NCBI GenBank assembly: GCA_014729705.1
Contig: WJJK01000172.1
Location: forward strand, 1 to 41,805
DNA length: 41,805 nucleotides
Reading direction: 5' to 3'
Origin: Candidatus Altiarchaeales archaeon
GTDB lineage: Archaea; Altiarchaeota; Altiarchaeia; IMC4; SCGC-AAA252-I15
Under the pieces are notes generated by a model, which did no database searches, was not told the DNA's origin, and was given only the letters and a program-made list of their open reading frames with translations. The position numbers and the translations under genes were made by a program. Position 1 is the stretch's first letter; each line of letters begins with the position of its first letter. This document shows positions 16,683 through 23,515 of this stretch, in pieces.

Positions 16683-17683
16683 GAGGATATCTTTTCCAAT
16701 TCTTCATGAGCAGAGGTAAGGAAGTAAGAAACCTTCTCAAGTACTTTCTTGTCTATCTTGAGCTTATCAAGAGCAGCCACTACCCTATCTTCCCCTTCAA
16801 GATCTTCTTCGAAGCTATCATCCTTCAGCTTCTCAACAAATTCCTCTGCTTCTTTTAGTTTCTTTTGCTCTTGGTCTTTTTCCTCGAGGTCAAAAACTTC
16901 CGTTGCAGGCTTCACTTTCAATCGAATAGCTTTTGTACTGACTTTTACTTCATCACCTGTTTTTGTAATCTCAACATACCCTATACGAGGTGTTCGCTGG
17001 ATATTGTCTTCAACAAGTGACCCTCTACTCAAAGCGCCAAGATTGATAAAGGTTTGATCCTTACCGTTTATACCCAGAGTCTCTATGCCCTGATCTACAT
17101 GATAATGCCCGAGCAAAAATATGTCGTCCCCTAGAGAAGAAATCTCAGGATAAGAAAAAAGCTTATGTTTGTAGAGCATGCCGCCTTGTGGCGAAGAGTA
17201 CAGGTGAAGCACACAGACATTCAAATCTACATCATCCTTAGCCTTTGGTAAAGACTCAAGGTCCGGTTCTTCCTCAAACGGAAATGAACGTATCCGCACT
17301 GAGACGCCTTCATGAGTAATTACACTCTCTCGAAGTTGTAAGAGAGCTCCACTTTGATAGAGGACGGCAAGAGGCTGCTCATTAAAAGTCTCATAGCTAT
17401 CAAATCTAAGGTCGTGGTTTCCTTCAGTCGTGTAAACATCACCCTTGAAACTCCGAAAGAGCTCTATAAGAGTCCTGTTTAGGCTGTGTGGGTTTTTCAT
17501 AGGAGCTTTTAGGTTGAAGAGATCTCCTCCACACAGATAGAATTGAGCTCCTAGTTTTTGACCAACATCTCGAATTTGCTTTAGCTTATCTAAGATATCT
17601 CCTAGATAATCTCCTCTACGAGACTGCGGATTCACAGAACTGATATGTACATCGGTGAATGTCATAAAACGTAAGGTACTCAT
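16679..17683 (-). CDS. sbcD: Mre11/SbcD-type calcineurin-like phosphoesterase nuclease
   Basis: FTDVHIS, GGDLFN, TEGNHD and LLGHYH are the metallophosphatase motifs. The ATG at 17683 forms an ATGA overlap with the upstream stop. The longest ORF extends to GTG 17719. Confidence 0.85.
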   Translation of the reverse strand: MSTLRFMTFTDVHISSVNPQSRRGDYLGDILDKLKQIRDVGQKLGAQFYLCGGDLFNLKAPMKNPHSLNRTLIELFRSFKGDVYTTEGNHDLRFDSYETFNEQPLAVLYQSGALLQLRESVITHEGVSVRIRSFPFEEEPDLESLPKAKDDVDLNVCVLHLYSSPQGGMLYKHKLFSYPEISSLGDDIFLLGHYHVDQGIETLGINGKDQTFINLGALSRGSLVEDNIQRTPRIGYVEITKTGDEVKVSTKAIRLKVKPATEVFDLEEKDQEQKKLKEAEEFVEKLKDDSFEEDLEGEDRVVAALDKLKIDKKVLEKVSYFLTSAHEELEKISS

Positions 17684-18843
17684 CTTTTTACCTTTAGCTC
17701 TGCACCACACGCGGGACACTGGTCATATGTGGAAAGATCTTTATCAACAAGAGATAACTGTCCCTCTATCTCTTCTTTTTGCTTACCAACCTCAAGCATT
17801 TCTTTCTTTATAAGAGCGATACTCTTAATTGATCTGCGTAGCTCTTTTAACTCCTCAACATTAATATCTGTCTCCGGTAGAGTTACACTCGATATAGCCC
17901 TTAACTTTTTAACATCTCTCATCAAAGAGACCATCTTAGTATACACAGAGCTAATCTCTTTTAGCTCCTGAGCATCTTCTCTAATAGAGGGGGATTCAGG
18001 TATCTTAACATTCTTGCTTTTCTCTAATCTCTTTACATCCTTAGCTATATTACTTAAGGTCGTGCGATATGTATAGAGGCGTTTATACTCTTGGGCTCTC
18101 TCTGAAGTTTTTACATCTGAAGGTATCTCTACTTCAGAGGCCTTTTGGATTTGGTTAGTCTCCTCTACAAGAGTAGTCAGAGCACTATACCAGGTTTTTA
18201 TCTTGTTTACCTCTATTTCTTTTTTATCGAGCTCGACCCTTTGTTCCTTGAGGGACTCTACGGATTTTTTTACATCATCAAAACCCTCATAACGTTTTAG
18301 GTCTTCTTCAGCTATATCAAGATCTTTTTGTCTTATACGCAGTGTGTCCTTAGTAGACCTTTTCTCCTTACTACATAAATCAGATGCCTTATATAGCCTA
18401 TCTAGGCCATATACGGACGCTATCAGATCCGCACCCTTAGTATCCTGTCTATCTACAAGGAATAGAGGAAAAAATTGCTTAGTATAGTTGAGATTGATTT
18501 TTTCATCACCGAGTTTTGTGACCCCTAGCCCTGCTTCTGCTATCTCACTAGGAGGGTCCCCTCGTCCCGGTTTTTTGTACATCTTACCATTGATCTTATA
18601 GAAGTTGTTGCCTTCTTCTTTGTGCCACAGAAGGTCGAGATCCGCGGTTACAAGATGAACCTCGCAGAACTTCTCTCCCCACTTTATGAACTTAGTGCCT
18701 GCGCGATTTGTGAGTGCTGCGTCAATAGCTCTTAACACAGCACTCTTACCGCGAGAGTTCTTTCCGATGAGGGCTGTAAAACCTTCTACCGTGAACTTCA
18801 CATGCCCTAGAGATTCATAATTTGTGATCTCTACTTCAAACAT
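17680..18843 (-). CDS. Rad50/SbcC-like ATPase N-lobe (Walker A) + long helical region ending in a CxxC motif; lacks a C-lobe
   Basis: FTALIGKNSRGKSAVLRAI is the Walker A motif. About 225 aa of helical, coiled-coil-like sequence follows. The protein ends in QCPACGAELKVKR. There is no Walker B or signature motif in this ORF. Confidence 0.7.
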   Translation of the reverse strand: MFEVEITNYESLGHVKFTVEGFTALIGKNSRGKSAVLRAIDAALTNRAGTKFIKWGEKFCEVHLVTADLDLLWHKEEGNNFYKINGKMYKKPGRGDPPSEIAEAGLGVTKLGDEKINLNYTKQFFPLFLVDRQDTKGADLIASVYGLDRLYKASDLCSKEKRSTKDTLRIRQKDLDIAEEDLKRYEGFDDVKKSVESLKEQRVELDKKEIEVNKIKTWYSALTTLVEETNQIQKASEVEIPSDVKTSERAQEYKRLYTYRTTLSNIAKDVKRLEKSKNVKIPESPSIREDAQELKEISSVYTKMVSLMRDVKKLRAISSVTLPETDINVEELKELRRSIKSIALIKKEMLEVGKQKEEIEGQLSLVDKDLSTYDQCPACGAELKVKR

Positions 18844-18844
18844 G

Positions 18845-20122
18845 TCAGCTATCCATCAACTCATCAAGTTCATTTAAAGCTGCCTGATCTTCTTCTGAGA
18901 TGTCTTCTTCTCCTACAGGAGGCATACCCTTAAGCTTGCGGATTTGGTTTAGCTGCTCTACCTCATCATCTGTGAGTTTTTCCTTCGCCTCGAGAGTCTT
19001 AAAGATTTCATCAAGCTCCTGCTCATCTCGTGTAGGCATGATATATGGTTTGATAGTATCTAGGATCTCGGGGTGGTCCTCAAGGTGTTTTTTCACATTA
19101 TATTGACCCTGAATTTTAAAACTCATGTCACTATTTGGGTCATTCCACTCAAACCATCCACCACTTTTCTTAATGACCTTTCGATTTACAGCAAGGTCTA
19201 CAAGAGAAAGAACATTATCTATACCCTGCCCAAAGGCGATATAGATCGGACCTGATTTAAAGGGCATATCAATCTTGTTCTTAATTACTATCGCTTTTAC
19301 TATCTGATTGACAGCCTTCTTTTCACTTACACCTGTTATGTTACTCTGGGTGTTTATCTGCTCCTTCTTACCTGTGTTCTTAAGGTGGAGCCGGATAGTT
19401 GAGTAATAACGAAGAGCTCTACCTCCGGTTGTCATTTCATTAGGACCTGGATCATATTGACTAGTTTTGATGTTGCTACGTAGCTGGTTAACAAGTACTA
19501 GTGCACAGTTCGCCTTAGTCAGACGCTTGCATATCCAGTTCAAGAAGGTGCCGACGAGTTTAGCGTGGAGTCCGATCTGAGTTGTCTCATCGGCATCCTT
19601 CTCGAACGTACTTTTTGGGAGCATCGCAGCTACGGAGTCCACAATGATGACACTAGGCTTGTAATGTGATAGGGAGTGCCCTATAATCTTGGCACCATCC
19701 TCAAGGGAGTCCGGCTCTACGTGGAGGAATTTCTCGGGGGATGTATCTATACCAAGGTTCTTTACATACTGACGCTGCGCACGAAGAGCTTTCTCGAAGT
19801 CAGCATAGAGTACTTTCTCGCCCGCAAGCTGAGCCTGCTTGGCGATATGAAGCGCGACAGTCGTCTTTCCACAACCTTCATCACCGAAGATTTCGGTGAC
19901 ATAGCCTTTAGGGACTCCACCAGGCTTATCCTGGTGGGAACCATCTCCTATAAGCCTATTGAGGACCCATGACCCTGTAGATACAAACTCTAACTCTTTG
20001 GTGACATCTCCAAGCTGCCCTGCTTTACGTATAGATGCAATAAAGTTAGCAGCCTCTTTGTCTATTGTGCTCTTATCTTTTTTTGGAGCTGCTTTTTTTC
20101 CCTTTTTCTTTGCGGGAGGCAT
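18845..20122 (-). CDS. recA: RecA-family recombinase with a Lys-rich N-terminal extension and an acidic C-terminal extension
   Basis: VSTGSWVLNRLIG, EIFGDEGCGKTTVALH (Walker A), IIVDSVAAML and VNQLR. The ATG at 20122 has AAGGAG 7 nt upstream. The upstream ATG at 20167 has none. Confidence 0.9.
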   Translation of the reverse strand: MPPAKKKGKKAAPKKDKSTIDKEAANFIASIRKAGQLGDVTKELEFVSTGSWVLNRLIGDGSHQDKPGGVPKGYVTEIFGDEGCGKTTVALHIAKQAQLAGEKVLYADFEKALRAQRQYVKNLGIDTSPEKFLHVEPDSLEDGAKIIGHSLSHYKPSVIIVDSVAAMLPKSTFEKDADETTQIGLHAKLVGTFLNWICKRLTKANCALVLVNQLRSNIKTSQYDPGPNEMTTGGRALRYYSTIRLHLKNTGKKEQINTQSNITGVSEKKAVNQIVKAIVIKNKIDMPFKSGPIYIAFGQGIDNVLSLVDLAVNRKVIKKSGGWFEWNDPNSDMSFKIQGQYNVKKHLEDHPEILDTIKPYIMPTRDEQELDEIFKTLEAKEKLTDDEVEQLNQIRKLKGMPPVGEEDISEEDQAALNELDELMDS

Positions 20123-20777
20123 CTTTTGTTCTCCTTTTAATGGCTTTGAAATCATAGAAGAGGTCATTCTCTCTAAACATAATCCCGGTATACTCTGTTA
20201 CACCCTTACGTACACCGCGTGTATAAGTGTGCTGCCCACAAAAGGTATGATGCTCGTACTCTCCGAGATCTTCTTCAGATAAGACCTTTTCAAAGAACCA
20301 CTTGTAATATCGTTTACCAAAATATCCTGCCCAAAAGGCGTCAGCGACATCTTCTGCTAATCGCTTACCGTGCAGGTGTAACGTAGTCTTCGCCTGGTCT
20401 ATCATGTGTGGCTTTCCAATCTCAGCCACACTGGTCTCCGGAAAGACCAGTTTTTTTAGCATTTGTGGCGGAAAACAGACTACGTAGTTATCATGTTCTA
20501 AAAAGACCCTATGTATAAACTGATTCAGGGCATAAAGCATTTCTGTACTGTTGGATCCAAAGAAGGGAGCTTCCATCGCTACAAACGTGATGTCATACTT
20601 CTCTATCTTCTCTGAGATCTGCTGGGCTTGCTTAATCAGTCGCTGTACCAAGATGCCATCTGCGCGAGACGTCTTAAGCAAGCCCTTTTCTTCAACTATA
20701 TCATCGGCTTTAGCTGTATCAAGTACTACGTAACCTGCCTTCTGCACTGAGGGGTCTAACCCCAAAATGTAAGGCAT
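20073..20777 (-). CDS. ruvC: RuvC-like Holliday-junction resolvase with a Lys-rich C-terminal tail
   Basis: N-terminal ILGLDPSVQKAGYVVLD and FVAMEAPFF match the RuvC/RNase H-fold catalytic Asp and Glu positions. The tail is KRRTKDASRKEKGKKSSSKKR. Confidence 0.65.
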   Translation of the reverse strand: MPYILGLDPSVQKAGYVVLDTAKADDIVEEKGLLKTSRADGILVQRLIKQAQQISEKIEKYDITFVAMEAPFFGSNSTEMLYALNQFIHRVFLEHDNYVVCFPPQMLKKLVFPETSVAEIGKPHMIDQAKTTLHLHGKRLAEDVADAFWAGYFGKRYYKWFFEKVLSEEDLGEYEHHTFCGQHTYTRGVRKGVTEYTGIMFRENDLFYDFKAIKRRTKDASRKEKGKKSSSKKR

Positions 20778-21430
20778 TAGCTATCCTCGATGATATCTCC
20801 AATATCTCCAATATCTTCTGCCGCATCTTCAGCGCCAGGAGCGTCAATACCGAGCAACTCTCGAATCTCTGTAACCGAGAGGTCTGAGGCAAGATTTCTT
20901 GGGATATCATTGAACATGCCCTCAGCCTCTGACAGGATTTTCTTCTTAAGCCCCTCGTTTGATTGCCACAGAGAATTTCTTGCTGGAGTAATATCAATAT
21001 TTTGGAATTCCTCATTCGTGCATTTCACACGAAGGTCATAGTCAGTCACAGGAAAGTCCAAACCGCGGATCTTTTCGTACATAGTCTGGCTAAAGATCCA
21101 CGGGATAAGATTGTATCCCTTAAGTTTGTCCTTTCCATCCTTCTTTTCAATATCATATATAACAATAATACAACCAACTCTCCATTTAGGTGTATTACTG
21201 TCATAGCTGTGAAGACAGCAAATTTCCTTCTTGTCGCTAGGCTTCTGTCCTTCACTCTTACATATGAAGTAGCGGTCCTTATAATGAACCAGGGTACCTT
21301 TGAAGATACTCTTAGGATCCGCGTAAATGATACCTATACGTTCCTGCTGACCACCCTTCATCTTGAAACGCTGAAATTTGTTAGGCTGAATATCGTCACG
21401 ATCCAACCCAAAAGATTCTACACTAGCCAT
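20777..21430 (-). CDS. hypothetical protein; possible phage ssDNA-binding protein
   Basis: Acidic C-terminal tip (AEDAAEDIGDIGDIIEDS). His/Cys cluster (HYKDRYFICK...EICCLH). It sits between the RuvC/RecA genes and HU. AAGGAG RBS. The function is inferred from position and tail only. Confidence 0.4.
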   Translation of the reverse strand: MASVESFGLDRDDIQPNKFQRFKMKGGQQERIGIIYADPKSIFKGTLVHYKDRYFICKSEGQKPSDKKEICCLHSYDSNTPKWRVGCIIVIYDIEKKDGKDKLKGYNLIPWIFSQTMYEKIRGLDFPVTDYDLRVKCTNEEFQNIDITPARNSLWQSNEGLKKKILSEAEGMFNDIPRNLASDLSVTEIRELLGIDAPGAEDAAEDIGDIGDIIEDS

Positions 21431-21476
21431 TTTGAAACTCCTTAATAAGTTTTAGGGTCGTGGTAGAAAGAAAAGG

Positions 21477-21797
21477 TCATAAGAATTCGCGTAAAGAATC
21501 GCCAGGCTTGTAGACAACTTTCCTACCACGGACATGTTTGGAGACCATTTTACCGGTCTTCCGGTTGTACACTTTCTTCTCTTTTTCGCGGATCTCCTTT
21601 AACACAACTGTTCCAAATCCAGGACAGAGATTCAACCGTTCTTCCTTTAGAAGCTTATAAAAGACTTCATTTGTTAAACGGCGGAACAGCTTTTTGCGCA
21701 TGGCTTGGGTATTCGCTCTCTTCAAAAGCTTAGGATCAATCTTCTCCGAGAGTGTAGCTACAATGGCATCCATTAGGACGTCCTGCATCTCAGCCAT
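21477..21797 (-). CDS. HU/IHF-family DNA-binding protein
   Basis: GFGTVVLKEIREKEKKVYNRKTGKMVSKHVRGRKVVYKPGDSLREFL matches the HU arm pattern (GFG-x-F...R-x-x-RNP-x-TG...F-K-P-G-x-x-L). Confidence 0.85.
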   Translation of the reverse strand: MAEMQDVLMDAIVATLSEKIDPKLLKRANTQAMRKKLFRRLTNEVFYKLLKEERLNLCPGFGTVVLKEIREKEKKVYNRKTGKMVSKHVRGRKVVYKPGDSLREFL

Positions 21798-21821
21798 ATA
21801 ATCTCACAATACGCTTCAACA

Positions 21822-22931
21822 TCATTCTTCAAAATCAGCAAGGAATGCATCTATATCAATACCCTCCCCACTATCTGATGATGCTGTTTTTGGAGTACCT
21901 GCGACTTCCTCTTTCGTCTGTACTTCCTGATCTTGACTCTCCTCAGAATTTAACTCAATATCTGGGAGACCCTCAGATTCAGGCTCTGAGGAAGGTGTTT
22001 CCTCGGCTTCATCGATTTCAATTTCGAATTCACCATTTTCGAGACCTCTACTATCCTCCTCTTGAGAAATAGCCTCCGTCGACTCGGCGTCTGTGCCCGT
22101 TTCATTGGGTGTGACTACCTCATCTTCAGATTGAGCAGTCTCAGATGAAGACGAATCCTCTTCCGAATCTGACTCCTCGGGATCGCATTGCTCAGCATCT
22201 CCGCTGATGGATCCAGGACTATCATCATCTTCCAAAAATGCTGATATAATATCTGGAGCGTCCTCAGATTCGTCCTGGCTATCCGCTTCGGGTGTGCCGG
22301 TTTCTGGGTGTCCCGTCCCGGATTCACCACCAGACTCATCTTCCTCCACATATTCAGCAGATGACTCAACATCATCAGGAGTCATCTCGTCTTCCAAATC
22401 ATCTATTTCTGTCAAACCTTTAGTCAATTCAGAAACTTCGGGATCGTCAGGCAGTCCCACATTAAGCCTGTTTAGTTGTTGATCCATCAAACGCATTAGT
22501 ACCTTGACTCGTCCGTCTTTTCTACTGATGCCTTGCTGTACTGTCTTTATAGCTCCAGAGAGATTCTTGAGGATACTGACTCTATCTTCAAGTTTAACTA
22601 TATTCTTCCGTTCATCTTCAAGGAGTTCATCTACAGCAGCCTCGCGTTCTTTTCCTGTGGGGAGTTCTTTTATACTCTTGTTATGTATGAGAGCGGATCG
22701 GTGCTTAATATTGTAGTTTTCCTTTTCGATACCAAGCATATGCTCTGCATTATCGAGTTCTTGTCTTACAGCCAGCTCATGCCTTTCCACTGTAGACCCA
22801 TGAAACTCACACTCAAGGGTCATCTCCTGTAAAAAAGCAGGAGAGATAGTGCCAACTTTTGGGTCAATCTTAAGGCTCGACGCACTTACCTTTTTTAGGT
22901 CTTCGTAAATGGCGGCGATGTCTATGGCCAT
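21822..22931 (-). CDS. protein with an N-terminal coiled-coil domain and a ~200-aa hyper-acidic Asp/Glu/Ser tail
   Basis: ATG 22931 is preceded by GGAGGA. The longer ORF to 23006 lacks an RBS. A faint resemblance to UvsY (KEREAAVDELL...LSGAIKTVQ) is noted but not relied on. Confidence 0.55.
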   Translation of the reverse strand: MAIDIAAIYEDLKKVSASSLKIDPKVGTISPAFLQEMTLECEFHGSTVERHELAVRQELDNAEHMLGIEKENYNIKHRSALIHNKSIKELPTGKEREAAVDELLEDERKNIVKLEDRVSILKNLSGAIKTVQQGISRKDGRVKVLMRLMDQQLNRLNVGLPDDPEVSELTKGLTEIDDLEDEMTPDDVESSAEYVEEDESGGESGTGHPETGTPEADSQDESEDAPDIISAFLEDDDSPGSISGDAEQCDPEESDSEEDSSSSETAQSEDEVVTPNETGTDAESTEAISQEEDSRGLENGEFEIEIDEAEETPSSEPESEGLPDIELNSEESQDQEVQTKEEVAGTPKTASSDSGEGIDIDAFLADFEE

Positions 22932-22984
22932 TGGTTCCTCCAGTAGAAAATTACTGTAACAATATACGGTACTGTTCAGAAAAG

Positions 22985-23515
22985 TTAAACTTCTTTTTTC
23001 ATACAAATTACCTCAAAATCGGGTAGCAGATCAGCCTTTCTATTCTTGTATAAATTCAAGTACTTAACGACCCTTTCATCGTCTATATCACCAAAAAAAT
23101 AAATGGTTCTTATCTCAGTCTGTGTCAGAAGAAGGAGTTCTTCTAGACAGGGAAAATAGGTAGAGAAAAGGACCGGAGATTCTGATTGTACAGACTTGAA
23201 ACCTCGCTCTATGTACTCTAGAAGGGCAGATCCGATAGCGGAGAGCTGGTATCGTTCTTCTCCTCCAGAGACTCTATCTCGTTGAGTACCTGATGCAAAG
23301 ACTTTCGATTTGTTGGACCTAGAATGAGGGTCGCCTTTGATCTCTGCACTTCCGGAGGGTTGTCCAGTTCTTGCTTTGAGGGCGTATTTTCCGATACATT
23401 GTCCGAGTATGCTTTCCCCTCTAATGATAATAGCTGCTTGAGGAGCTTTGCATTCTGATAATTCTCGGGCTCGGAGAACATACTCTGCAAAGAGGTCCCT
23501 TCTCCTTTGATCCAC
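22985..23515 (-). CDS. dCMP/cytidine-deaminase-fold protein lacking the zinc ligands and catalytic Glu (pseudo-deaminase)
   Basis: RDLFAEYVLRARELSECKAPQAAIIIRGESILG and LFSTYFPCLEELLLLTQTEIRTIYFFGD align with ComEB/dCMP-deaminase blocks. HAE is replaced by SAI and PCxxC by PCLEE. GTG start with AAAGGA upstream. Confidence 0.55.
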   Translation of the reverse strand: MDQRRRDLFAEYVLRARELSECKAPQAAIIIRGESILGQCIGKYALKARTGQPSGSAEIKGDPHSRSNKSKVFASGTQRDRVSGGEERYQLSAIGSALLEYIERGFKSVQSESPVLFSTYFPCLEELLLLTQTEIRTIYFFGDIDDERVVKYLNLYKNRKADLLPDFEVICMKKEV

